Part shown: positions 17,666 through 26,734 of the stretch, one piece after another
Layout of the letters: each line of letters begins with the position of its first letter
How positions within the stretch are numbered: the stretch's first letter is position 1
Virus record (IMG/VR): IMGVR_UViG_3300025530_000010
Location: 7,781-71,780 of that record
Reading direction: 5' to 3' (one strand)
DNA from: a virus
Taxonomy: Duplodnaviria > Caudoviricetes
DNA: 64,000 nt
The notes under the pieces: model-generated
The model's database searches: none
What the model was told of the DNA's origin: nothing
Seen by the model: the letters and a program-made list of their open reading frames with translations, nothing else
Program-made: the position numbers and the translations under genes

Positions 17666-19995
17666 CAGCCACTCCTCCCACGGGTGATCGGCGACTCGCC
17701 GGGCGGGGCGTTGTTGGGTGTGGCGTCCCCCCACCCGGCGTTGGCCTTGTACTCGTGCGGGGTGAGCCGGACGGTGTTGCCGCCCTGGACCTGGATGAGC
17801 TTGCGGGCGTCCGGCGACAGGTCGATCGTCACGTTGCCCTGCACCTGCGTGACGCGGTCCCGGACATTGCCGCCACCGCCGCCGGACATCTGCTCGAGTG
17901 TCATGCCAGCGCCAGTGCTGCCCTTGGGGCGGATCTTGACATCGCCCTTGCTGATTCGCTCCATGAACTCCCGGTTGTTCGGGTCGAACTTGACGGACTT
18001 GCCGCTGGGGTCGAGGAACTCCAGGCCGCCGGGGCCGTACTCCTCCAGAACCGGATCGAGCGCCCGGATATGGTAGTCGCCGCTCTTTGGGCTCTGTCCG
18101 AACCACCGGTCCCAGCTGCGCTGGTTGGCTTCCTGTGTCCTGCCTGGGATTTCATTCCACTTGCCCGTCACCAACGAGCCGATGTTGGCCGCGCCGGTGC
18201 GCACGCTGTCGGCGATCTGGCTGCCGAGGGCCCCCCAACTCTCGGAGACGTTGCGTCCGATCTTCTCCCAGAAGCCGCGCTTTTGCACCTGCATGCTCTC
18301 GGCGGTCTCCTGCTCGACCCGTTGTTCGGCCTCACCGGCGATGTCGCGGCCGCTGACCAGGTCGGCGAACAGCTGCTTGGCCTTGTTGGGCTCGAGTTGC
18401 ACGCCCATCGCCATCAGTCGTTGGTGGAACAGCGATGCGGCGTTGTTGAAGGCCGCGCTGCCGGGAGCGGGGCGGCCGAAGGACTCGTAAAACTGCATGG
18501 CCCAACGGCGCAACCCCTCCTGGGCGGCCCTGGGCAGCTCTTCGCTCATCGACATCGGCAGGGCGGTGTTGAGCAGCTCGGGCGGGGCCTTGATGATCCC
18601 GGCCGCCCGCATCATCGCCAGGTTCTCCGGGGACGACATGGCGCCGACGATGGTCTCGCCGACCCCCTTCATCGAGGTGTCGTTGCTGTACATCTGCCCG
18701 GCGACCATGGCCGCCTTCTCGGCCACCGGCGCCGCCATGCCGCGCGAGATCAGCATTGAGCTGGTGTCCTTGAAACTACCCATCAGCTCCGGCAGGCTGC
18801 GGGCACCCTCCTTGGACAGCCCCTTGATCAATTCGAGGTTGATGGCCAGGCCCTCGATGCTCTGGCCGCCCTCGTAGATGTTCTTGCGCAGCAGCTCGAC
18901 CGAGTCGGCGACCTGCAGGTTCATCTCCTTGAGGTTGTGGGCCATGAAAGCGGTGACGGTTTCGAAGGTCTTGCCGGTGTAGCCCTCGGTCAGTGCCGAC
19001 TGGATGATCTGGCGGCTCTGCTCGGTGGTCAGGAACGGGCTCATGGCCATCGCGCGGATGGAGTATTCGTAGCCGAGGCCCTCGGCGGCGCCGCCGCCAC
19101 GCACCATGCCGAAGTTCTTCAGTCCCTGGTAGGTCTCGCCGACGTTCTGCACCAGCCCGTAGGCGCCGAGCCCGGCGCTGATGCCCAGACCGGCGATCCC
19201 CAGCCCCTTGGCGATGTTGGCCAGGGCGCCGCCCTGCAGGCCACCGGCGGCCGCTGCGCTCATGGCCAACCCGGCGCCGTGGGCGAGCATGCCGGTGAGT
19301 GAGCCGCCGACCCCGGTCTCGTTGACGACCTGGTTGGCCAGCCCGAGGCCGCCGCTGATGCGCTGCTGCCAGTCCATCAGCGGATCGCCGGTGCGCGGAG
19401 TGGGCAGTGCCGGTGGGTTCTGCTGGTGGTACTGGAGGTTCTGCTGTTCGCGCTGGTGGACCCGGCTGGCCGTCTCCTGCAGCTGCTGATCGGTGGGGCT
19501 TTCGGCCGGGATGTCGCCGGTGCGCAGGTTGCCCCGGGCCGCCTGCATGTTCAGGTAGGTGCGCGGATCGCTGTCGCGCAGCTGGTCGAGCTGGGCCTGC
19601 ACCTCCTGGACCGTGGGCGCACCCGCTGCCGCCTCCCGGCCCATCCCGGCCTGGGCACCGCTGAACGGGTCGGTGTAGCCGTGGGGCACCGTGACGTTGA
19701 GCGGCGCGGGCATGGCTCCCCCGCCGCCCTGCATGCCCAGCAACTGCTGCATGCGCTGCAGCAGGGCGTCCTGGGCCTCGGCGGCGCGCTGGGCGATCTC
19801 GGCGGTCTGGTTGAGGTACTGGACGAAGTCGTCCTGGGCACGGGCGGCCGCCTCGGCGCCGACCCGGAAGCGCTCGATCTCCTGGGTCAGCTCGCGCAGG
19901 CTGGCCACGCCTTCGGTGGGGACGTCGATGACCAGGCGGGCCACGACGAAGTCGTCGCCCTGTTGGAAGTTGAAGGTTGGCTGGGTCACTGCCAC
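17662..19995 (-). CDS. tape measure protein
   Basis: Ala/Gly-rich helical 777 aa directly after the frameshifting chaperone pair. Confidence 0.85.
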   Translation of the reverse strand: MAVTQPTFNFQQGDDFVVARLVIDVPTEGVASLRELTQEIERFRVGAEAAARAQDDFVQYLNQTAEIAQRAAEAQDALLQRMQQLLGMQGGGGAMPAPLNVTVPHGYTDPFSGAQAGMGREAAAGAPTVQEVQAQLDQLRDSDPRTYLNMQAARGNLRTGDIPAESPTDQQLQETASRVHQREQQNLQYHQQNPPALPTPRTGDPLMDWQQRISGGLGLANQVVNETGVGGSLTGMLAHGAGLAMSAAAAGGLQGGALANIAKGLGIAGLGISAGLGAYGLVQNVGETYQGLKNFGMVRGGGAAEGLGYEYSIRAMAMSPFLTTEQSRQIIQSALTEGYTGKTFETVTAFMAHNLKEMNLQVADSVELLRKNIYEGGQSIEGLAINLELIKGLSKEGARSLPELMGSFKDTSSMLISRGMAAPVAEKAAMVAGQMYSNDTSMKGVGETIVGAMSSPENLAMMRAAGIIKAPPELLNTALPMSMSEELPRAAQEGLRRWAMQFYESFGRPAPGSAAFNNAASLFHQRLMAMGVQLEPNKAKQLFADLVSGRDIAGEAEQRVEQETAESMQVQKRGFWEKIGRNVSESWGALGSQIADSVRTGAANIGSLVTGKWNEIPGRTQEANQRSWDRWFGQSPKSGDYHIRALDPVLEEYGPGGLEFLDPSGKSVKFDPNNREFMERISKGDVKIRPKGSTGAGMTLEQMSGGGGGNVRDRVTQVQGNVTIDLSPDARKLIQVQGGNTVRLTPHEYKANAGWGDATPNNAPPGESPITRGRSGW

Positions 19996-20384
19996 TCACC
20001 CCACTGTGGTTCTGGCACACCGTAATTGGGGTCCGGCACGGAGCCGCCGTGCATGACGCGCTGGCGCTCCAGGTTGCGGTAGTAGGCGTCGAGCTCCTCG
20101 ATGTCGGTGATCGGGATCTCCTCCTCCTCCTCCTCGAGGGGCCTGGAGATCTGGCTGTGGGGCTGGCCCATGTACACCTCCTGCCAGCGCTCCGGCGAGA
20201 GGTTGAAGCACAGCAGCTCGATGCCCGCCAGCATCGACTTGTCGGTCAGCATCCGGTCCAGCCACAGGGCGTACTTGAGCGCGAAGTGCTGGAAGCGGTT
20301 GATGCCGGGCCGCGACAGCAGGCCCTGTGCGTAGGCCAGACGGATCTCCGCTTCCGTCCGCTCGTCTAGCCTTTGACTTTTCCC
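19986..20384 (-). CDS. tail assembly chaperone, -1 frameshift extension (GT-like)
   Basis: open -1 frame GKSQRLDERTEAE...QWGEWQ with no own start, reached through the slippery site. Confidence 0.8.
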   Translation of the reverse strand, partial: GKSQRLDERTEAEIRLAYAQGLLSRPGINRFQHFALKYALWLDRMLTDKSMLAGIELLCFNLSPERWQEVYMGQPHSQISRPLEEEEEEIPITDIEELDAYYRNLERQRVMHGGSVPDPNYGVPEPQWGEWQ

Positions 20385-20932
20385 AGTTTGATTGCCAGTT
20401 CGACGAATTCGGTGTCGAGGTCCATGATGGCCCGGTAGATCTGGCTGATCACCACCGGGTAGTAGTCGCGCAGGATCTCGACCTTCTTGCTGAAGATCTC
20501 CTCGTCGGTCGCCGGGGCCAGGGGCTGGTAGAGCGGCTGGCCGTCGATCGCGCGGATCCCGGCCGCGCACACCCCCAGCTGGAAGGCCCGGGCTGCGGCC
20601 TTGGTGTCGTCGTAGGGCTTGGTGTGGAGCCCGATGAGCATCTCGTCGCAGACCCGCAGGTTCTGGATGGTCACCGAGTGCCCCATGACGTCGATGGTCT
20701 TGGAGCGCTGGCCGACGGTCATCAGCTGCCGGAACAGCCCGAGCTCCTCGTCGGTCAGCTCGGTGACCTGCTCCTCCTCCGGCGGCTGGGGCGGCTCCTG
20801 CTCCTCGGCGCCGGGCTGGGGAACCGGCGGCGGCACGGGGTCGGCGATGCCGCCGATGGGCTTGGGGGGCTGCAGATCCCCGCTGCTCAAGTTCGGCGGC
20901 GGCAGGTCGGGCTCGGGGACGTAGGCGGTCAC
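20366..20932 (-). CDS. tail assembly chaperone (G-like)
   Basis: between tube and tape measure; ends ...LGKVKG* across the slippery heptamer. Confidence 0.85.
   Translation of the reverse strand: MTAYVPEPDLPPPNLSSGDLQPPKPIGGIADPVPPPVPQPGAEEQEPPQPPEEEQVTELTDEELGLFRQLMTVGQRSKTIDVMGHSVTIQNLRVCDEMLIGLHTKPYDDTKAAARAFQLGVCAAGIRAIDGQPLYQPLAPATDEEIFSKKVEILRDYYPVVISQIYRAIMDLDTEFVELAIKLGKVKG
20378..20384 (-). other. -1 programmed ribosomal frameshift site G GGA AAA
   Basis: canonical X XXY YYZ heptamer in the correct phase (CTG GGA AAA). Confidence 0.88.
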
Positions 20933-21087
20933 CGATCGCCCTCCGTACCGGCGACGGTGTTGTTGAGTCCGGCATGGATGCGCGGTCCCCGGCAGATGTC
21001 GTCGACCCAGTCGGGGTCGACGGCGGCCGTCCGGCCGGTGTCGGGGGTCGGCAGCAGGTACTGCTCAGCCTGGGTGGTGATCTTCAT
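20929..21087 (-). CDS. small hypothetical protein (52 aa)
   Basis: AAGGAG SD before ATG 21087; GTGA coupling to the chaperone. Confidence 0.65.
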   Translation of the reverse strand: MKITTQAEQYLLPTPDTGRTAAVDPDWVDDICRGPRIHAGLNNTVAGTEGDR

Positions 21088-21249
21088 GCGGTGTCTCCTT
21101 CCCTCACCCATTCAGGCGTCGGGGCGGGGCGATTCAACAGGTGCCCGCATTTGACAGGGCACCGGCCCCATGTGGAGCCGGTGCCCCGGTCAGCTGCACG
21201 AGACAGGAAGGAGCACCCCGAGGGGGTGCAACGAAGACTATACCAGCTC

Positions 21250-21287
21250 AAAAAGACCGGGCGCCAGTTCTTTGACTGACGCCCGGC
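21250..21287 (-). terminator. intrinsic terminator after the tail tube gene
   Basis: GCCGGGCGTCAGT / ACTGGCGCCCGGT stem followed by CTTTTT on the minus strand. Confidence 0.75.
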
Positions 21288-21332
21288 CCGCTGTCGGAAA
21301 GGGAAAGCGCCCCTATGGTAGCACAGCAGTGA

Positions 21333-21803
21333 CTACACCGGCGTGGTGTAGCAGTACTGGGCGGTGATCGTCTTCGGCAGGGTCATGGTGCCGATGTTGA
21401 TGTTCTCGCCCTCGTCGATGTCGGTGATGACCACGCCGTGGTAGACCCGGGCCCGGTACATCCCGCTGGGACTGCGGACGATCTTCTGCATGACGATGTT
21501 GCCCAGCGTCAGCTGGCGCTTGAGCACGTCCAGCAGGTTGTTGGTGCCCTCCAGGCCGGGCAGTGTCGCCCACACCGGGGTGATCCACTGCTCGTAGAAC
21601 GTCATGCGCAGCGTGCCGACGCCGACGGCTGCGGCGGTGACGATCTCCAGCGGCACCGGCTCGTCGATCGGCTGGACCGCCTGGGCGGTCGCCACCGGGG
21701 TCGGCGGCGTGTCCTGGATGACCTGCAGGTAGGCCAGTCGCTGGCCCTGGTACAGCAGGGTGGTGTACCCACTACCGCCAACGCGGGTGTTCGGGATGGC
21801 CAC
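21333..21803 (-). CDS. tail tube protein
   Basis: directly after the sheath; 156 aa; RARVYHGVVITDIDEGENI T4 gp19-like pattern. Confidence 0.8.
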   Translation of the reverse strand: MAIPNTRVGGSGYTTLLYQGQRLAYLQVIQDTPPTPVATAQAVQPIDEPVPLEIVTAAAVGVGTLRMTFYEQWITPVWATLPGLEGTNNLLDVLKRQLTLGNIVMQKIVRSPSGMYRARVYHGVVITDIDEGENINIGTMTLPKTITAQYCYTTPV

Positions 21804-21834
21804 TGTGAAACCTCCGGGCTCAGTTCATGATTCG

Positions 21835-23373
21835 TCAGATGGCCTGCAGGGTGTTGGACGAACCGCCGAAGGCGCCGGTCGCCATCATCGCCGGGGTGCC
21901 GATACCACCGGCCGAGCTGAAGTCGGCCATATTGGCGGTGTCGCCGAGCGAGATCTCGCCGCTGGTCAGGCTGATGCCGAACCGGACGACGATGTAGTTC
22001 AACGGGAAGGCGGGCTGCCAGCTGAACGTCACCTCGATGACGTCCGGGTTCGTCTTGAGCTGGCGGACCTTCAGGCTCGCGTAGTCGACCAGCAGGCCGT
22101 CGCGCAGCAGGCTCTGCAGGGCCGCCTCGACCGAGGCCTTGACGTTGACCAGCGTGTAGTCGTAGATCGGCTGGCCGATCAGCTTGGCCGACTCCAGGTA
22201 GTCGCGGATCCGGTAGGTCAGCGCGTCCTGCTGGCCGGTGACCGACCACTCGCGGCTGATCAAGTCAGTCGGGTCGGTCGTCACCCCGTGGCGGACCCGC
22301 ACGATCTGGCGGCGGGTCTTCTCGACCACCATCAGGCCGTTCTGGCTCTCCAGGCTCTTTTCGCCCTCGCGCAGCATCTCGCCGATGTCGGACCAGCCAG
22401 TGATGCGCTTGTGAGTCAGCGGCTGGGCGAAGCTCATCGACACCGTCATACCCGCCAGCGATGCGGCCATGAACTGCCCGCCGAGCACGATCTCGTTGTT
22501 CAGCTCCGGGGCGTAGTACTTGAAGCTCGCCGGGCTGACCAGGGCGACGCGGTTGCTCGAGAGGTTCTGGGCGTTGAGGATCCGCTGCGCCGACGGTACC
22601 GGCGTGACGGTACCGTCCATGCCGACGATGGCCCGGCGCTCGAAGCGGTTCTCCGACTGCGAGATGACATGCTGGTAGACCAGCTGGTGGATCGGCTGCT
22701 GGCCGGTGCAGGGCACGACGATGGCCACGCGCGGCTGGTCCCGCAGCTTGTTGAGCGCGTCCTCGTAGTCGCTCATGCCCGCTGTGCTGCCCGGCCCGGT
22801 GGGCTTGACGGCCACGCACACCAGTTCGCTGGCGCCGTTCATCATGGCGAAGCGGGCGCCGAGGGTCAGCTCGGACTGGATCTCGCCGGTCGTGGTATTG
22901 AACGGCGCGCCGTAGTAGGCCTGGACGTCCTCGTAGTCGTAGAGCATCTGCGGGTCGAAGTAGCTCGGGTCGGTGTACTGGTAGGACACCTGCACGATCT
23001 GACCCGGCTGAATGTGACCGCCGTTGATGACCCGCGAGATGGTGTAGGTGGCGTTGTTGGTGCCGATGGTGCCGTCGAGGTGCACGATGGTGTAGTCGGT
23101 ACCCTGGACGTAGACCTCGCCGGTGTTGGGGTTGCGCACCTGCAGGGTCGCGGTGTTGATACCCTGCTGACCGAGGGTGCGGTTGACCGCTGGGGTCTCC
23201 TCGTCGGTGTCGGGGTTGATCATCAGCGACTCGACCGCCGTGCGGTAGCCGATGGCGACACCAAACAGCGCCACGGCTGTGGGCATTGAGGGGTTGACTG
23301 CCAGCTGTGGCCCCTGGATCGTCTCGGTGTAGACGCCGGGAGGCAGGTAGCGGCTAAGGTCCACTGCGGCCAT
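21835..23373 (-). CDS. contractile tail sheath protein
   Basis: YLPPGVYTETI N-terminus; ERRAIVG, LTHKRITG, IEVTFSWQPAFPLNYIVVRF C-terminus typical of sheath proteins. Confidence 0.95.
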   Translation of the reverse strand: MAAVDLSRYLPPGVYTETIQGPQLAVNPSMPTAVALFGVAIGYRTAVESLMINPDTDEETPAVNRTLGQQGINTATLQVRNPNTGEVYVQGTDYTIVHLDGTIGTNNATYTISRVINGGHIQPGQIVQVSYQYTDPSYFDPQMLYDYEDVQAYYGAPFNTTTGEIQSELTLGARFAMMNGASELVCVAVKPTGPGSTAGMSDYEDALNKLRDQPRVAIVVPCTGQQPIHQLVYQHVISQSENRFERRAIVGMDGTVTPVPSAQRILNAQNLSSNRVALVSPASFKYYAPELNNEIVLGGQFMAASLAGMTVSMSFAQPLTHKRITGWSDIGEMLREGEKSLESQNGLMVVEKTRRQIVRVRHGVTTDPTDLISREWSVTGQQDALTYRIRDYLESAKLIGQPIYDYTLVNVKASVEAALQSLLRDGLLVDYASLKVRQLKTNPDVIEVTFSWQPAFPLNYIVVRFGISLTSGEISLGDTANMADFSSAGGIGTPAMMATGAFGGSSNTLQAI

Positions 23374-23407
23374 CAGCGATACCCTTCACACTCGGAAGCT
23401 CTCTCCC

Positions 23408-23439
23408 TGGTTCCGGTATCGGGGCGTGCTTTTCACAGG
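23408..23439 (-). promoter_or_regulatory. putative late promoter (sheath)
   Basis: CCTGTG-N18-CGGAACCA, matching the recurring bipartite motif. Confidence 0.55.
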
Positions 23440-23480
23440 CTGCGCTCAAGGAATCCCCGTCCGTAAGGGTGGGGAGGAGC

Positions 23481-24269
23481 TCAAAGGCTCACCGGCGGCG
23501 TCGGCGCCGGGTACACGGCCTGGCTGGCCACGTCGACCCGGGTCAGGGTGTAGGTGCCGTCGTGGCGGTGCAGGATGTTGTAGTGGCCGATCATGTCGAC
23601 GGCGTAGCCGTCCTCGTAGGCCAGCTGCTCGCCGTCCCAGGGTGTTCCGATGTTGGTGTTCTGGCCGATCGGGTAGATCGAGTCGGTGACCAGCGACATG
23701 GCGATGTGTGGGTTGTCGGCCAGGGCGGCGTGCAGGCTGCGCAGCTGCTTGGCGTCGCGCTGGGGGTCGGTGAGCACGGCCTGGGGGTGCCGGGAGAACG
23801 ACAGCATGGCGATGATGTGGTCGGACACCCGGTCGCGGTCGCGGTTGGTCAGGGCCACCACCGCGAAGGTCAGGCGGCCGCGCACCTCGAACTCCTGCAC
23901 GGTGCACCACTGCCCGTCGTGCTTGACGATCTGTTCGTGGCTGACGCCGGAGCGGTTGAGGCCGGTCAGGGAGAACTGGACCCACACCCCGGGGTAGTGC
24001 AGCTGCTCGACCGGGTACTCCAGGTCGATGTAGACGTGGTTGTCGGGCAGCTCGTTGTGCCGGTCGTCGACGCGGTCACGGTGGGTCAGCACGTGCATGC
24101 CGACGCCGGTGAAGCCCTCGCGCACGGCGGTGACGACGGCCCGCTTGATGACCTCGATCACCCCGCCCTCGGCGCCGCGCGGCAGCGGTCGGTTGACCGG
24201 CACGTACGGCTTCGGCCAGTCGTAGTCGGACATGAAAATGCTTGGCGCGTAGCGATCTTCGTCACTCAA
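23481..24269 (-). CDS. tail terminator / tail completion protein
   Basis: position before the sheath; IDLEYPVEQLHYPGVWV pattern. Confidence 0.65.
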   Translation of the reverse strand: MSDEDRYAPSIFMSDYDWPKPYVPVNRPLPRGAEGGVIEVIKRAVVTAVREGFTGVGMHVLTHRDRVDDRHNELPDNHVYIDLEYPVEQLHYPGVWVQFSLTGLNRSGVSHEQIVKHDGQWCTVQEFEVRGRLTFAVVALTNRDRDRVSDHIIAMLSFSRHPQAVLTDPQRDAKQLRSLHAALADNPHIAMSLVTDSIYPIGQNTNIGTPWDGEQLAYEDGYAVDMIGHYNILHRHDGTYTLTRVDVASQAVYPAPTPPVSL

Positions 24270-24720
24270 CGCGGCCTCCTGTGAGCACTCGCATCAGCGT
24301 GGTCTTCAGCTGGGGCCCCGACTCGGTGATGGCCCGCTGCAGCGCGTTCTCCATGAAGTTCTTGGGCTTGAGCCCCGGGTGGCGCCAGCGCTGGTCGCGC
24401 CACTTGCGGATCCCACCGGGCAGGGTGACCCAGCCGGGGGTGCCCACCCCCTTGGCGCGCACGAAGTGCACGCCGTCGGCGTCGCGGATGGGCACGACGC
24501 GCCCCTCGGCCCACCACATGACGAACGGCCGGATGCCCCGGTTCTGGTGCATCAGGTACTTGGCGGTGGTGCGCAGGCCGACCTGGCCGTCGTTGGCGAT
24601 CGGGGTCATGGCCTGTATCGAGCGCTCCGACCAGTTGCGCGACTTGATGTCCTCGCGCACGAATTGCAGTGCGCGCTGGCTGATCTGGATGCAGGTCTCC
24701 TTCGGCACGAGCACACGCAC
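24262..24720 (-). CDS. neck / tail completion protein
   Basis: HPGLKPKNFMENAL C-terminus resembles HK97 gp10-like completion proteins; synteny. Confidence 0.6.
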   Translation of the reverse strand: MRVLVPKETCIQISQRALQFVREDIKSRNWSERSIQAMTPIANDGQVGLRTTAKYLMHQNRGIRPFVMWWAEGRVVPIRDADGVHFVRAKGVGTPGWVTLPGGIRKWRDQRWRHPGLKPKNFMENALQRAITESGPQLKTTLMRVLTGGRVE

Positions 24721-24726
24721 GGCCCA

Positions 24727-25347
24727 TCACCCGCCGATCGGTGGGGTGGCGTACGGCGGGACGGGGTCGCGGCTCGGTCGCGGGAAGCGGCGGCCCACCA
24801 GGCTGAATCGCCTTGCGATGGGCAGATTCTCGGGGACCCGGTTGCAGCGGGTGACCTGCCCGACGACGTCCCATGCGTCCTGGCCGTGGCGGGCGCCGGT
24901 GCGCAGTGAGATCTGGCTGACCTGGTCGACCTGGTAGAAGCCGTCGACCTCGGCGACCCGTCCGTCGGGGGCCCAGCGGCGCACACGAACGACAAAGTCG
25001 CCCTTGCGAAGTCGCGGAAAGGCCTCGATGTGCACGTCGGTGGCGCCGGGCTCCCACATACCCTGCTTGTGCATGTTCTGGGTCTTGAGCTGGTCGCCGA
25101 AGGTGGCCCAGACCCTCGCGGCGTGCTTGATCGGCTCGGCGAAGCCGGTGCCGTAGCACTGCGAGCACTCGCGCTCGCCGCCGCCGTAGATGTCGTCGTG
25201 GCACTCCGGGCAGCGCTCGTCGCGCCGGTCGCTGACCTCGTGGCGCAGCGCCAGCACCACGCACTGCTCGCCTGCGGTCTGCAGCGAGTCCAGGACGTCG
25301 CGGCGGGCCTGGCCGACGGCGAAGTCCTCGACGAGCTTGATGGTCAC
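24727..25347 (-). CDS. head-to-tail stopper-like protein with CxxC...CxxC Zn finger
   Basis: RCPECHD...CSQCYGTGF; PRLRKGDFVV; GTGA overlap with the upstream ORF. Confidence 0.65.
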   Translation of the reverse strand: MTIKLVEDFAVGQARRDVLDSLQTAGEQCVVLALRHEVSDRRDERCPECHDDIYGGGERECSQCYGTGFAEPIKHAARVWATFGDQLKTQNMHKQGMWEPGATDVHIEAFPRLRKGDFVVRVRRWAPDGRVAEVDGFYQVDQVSQISLRTGARHGQDAWDVVGQVTRCNRVPENLPIARRFSLVGRRFPRPSRDPVPPYATPPIGG

Positions 25348-25739
25348 CGGGGGCCTCCCTCCTGGGGCCGTGTGCGCCTCCTGCGGTTCTGCTCCTCGAG
25401 CTGCGCCAGCCACTCCTGGCGCCGACGGGCCTCCTCGCGCTGGCGCTGCTCGAACTCCCGCCTGCGGCGCTCAACCAGATGGGGCTGGTCGTAGTTGAAC
25501 CGGGGCGGGGGCATCGGCGGGATGGTCGGGTTGTCGGGGTGCCGCTTCTGCACCCACTTGCCCTTGGCCCAGTCCCACTCGAGCGCGTTTATGCCGCCAG
25601 CCTCCTCGATGTACTGCTTGCGCAGTTCCTCGCCCCAGTCCCCGGCCAGGCGGATCCCGACGTGGCCGGGCGGCATGTTGGCGGCCTGGGCGGCGACGCG
25701 CCAGGGCCACTGGTCGGACTGCCGGATGACGGGGCGCAT
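25344..25739 (-). CDS. hypothetical protein (131 aa), not called from its own start in the ORF track
   Basis: TGATG coupling at 25739; MRPVIRQSDQWPW...; charged C-terminal helix. Confidence 0.7.
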   Translation of the reverse strand: MRPVIRQSDQWPWRVAAQAANMPPGHVGIRLAGDWGEELRKQYIEEAGGINALEWDWAKGKWVQKRHPDNPTIPPMPPPRFNYDQPHLVERRRREFEQRQREEARRRQEWLAQLEEQNRRRRTRPQEGGPR

Positions 25740-26734
25740 CAGACCATCCCTGCCCAACCGGCCACGGCGGGCGCGGCCGGGTAGAAGCGGAACGCCCGGG
25801 CGGCACCGGCCCACTGGCCGGACTGGAACACGCCCCGGCTGCCGCCACCGCCGCCGTAGAGGCCACCGGCGACCAGCAGTGCACCCCGGCTCAGGCCGAG
25901 CATTGTGCGCTTGGCGGCCTTGACCATTCGCTGCCACTCGGGGAACTCCTGGTTGAGGATGCTCTGCCAGCGCTGCATGTAGTCGCGCCGGTCCAGGTAG
26001 GTCACGGCCATGTTGACGCGGGCCGGGATCTCGACGTAGGAGCGCGTGAGGTGCCGGATGACCTCCAGGTAGGTGCCCATGATCAGCAGGTCCCGGAAGT
26101 CTGCGGGCACCCGCCTGGGGACCGGCCCGAAGCCCCACTGGGTGATCGGGTAGCCGGTGGTGTTCATGCGGGTCACCGCCATCTGCGACAGCTGGGCGAT
26201 GCGCTCGTAGTCGAAGTGGGTCTGGTAGGGCTCGATCAGGTATGGGCCGCCCTCGGTGGAGTCGAACAGGTCGCCGAACATCCAGGTGACCGCCTCGACG
26301 ACCGACTTGTCCTCGTCGGAAAGGCTGTCGTAAAGCGGCATTTGGCCGAGGATCTGGATGTGGTCGGTGTAGGCGAAGTCCTTGCCGTCGACCTGATATC
26401 CCCACTCGACAACCAGCACGCCGCGCTGGCCGGTCAGGCCGGGCCCGATCTCGAAGTCGTACTTGCCGGTGTCGGCGCGGTGCAGCTCGTCGGCGCCGAC
26501 CTCCAGCACCAGTTCACCGCGCACGTCCTCGGGCCCGGGGGCCTCGTCGGAGGGTGCGTCGCGGCGCCACACCCGCAGCGTGAGGGTGCCGGGGTCGGGG
26601 TCGACCGGCCCACCGGCGCCGGTGATGCCGACCGCGACGTAGCCCCGGCCGCCCTGGGAGACGAACCGCCGGACCAGGGACTGGTCGCGGATCTTGGGCG
26701 AGATGATGCTGATGCCCGACGGGTAGGTGGTCAT
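25739..26734 (-). CDS. head-to-tail adaptor (N-terminal Ig-like domain plus adaptor domain)
   Basis: synteny before the stopper; ADTGKYDFEI...LVVEWGYQVDG beta domain followed by a helical domain. Confidence 0.65.
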   Translation of the reverse strand: MTTYPSGISIISPKIRDQSLVRRFVSQGGRGYVAVGITGAGGPVDPDPGTLTLRVWRRDAPSDEAPGPEDVRGELVLEVGADELHRADTGKYDFEIGPGLTGQRGVLVVEWGYQVDGKDFAYTDHIQILGQMPLYDSLSDEDKSVVEAVTWMFGDLFDSTEGGPYLIEPYQTHFDYERIAQLSQMAVTRMNTTGYPITQWGFGPVPRRVPADFRDLLIMGTYLEVIRHLTRSYVEIPARVNMAVTYLDRRDYMQRWQSILNQEFPEWQRMVKAAKRTMLGLSRGALLVAGGLYGGGGGSRGVFQSGQWAGAARAFRFYPAAPAVAGWAGMV

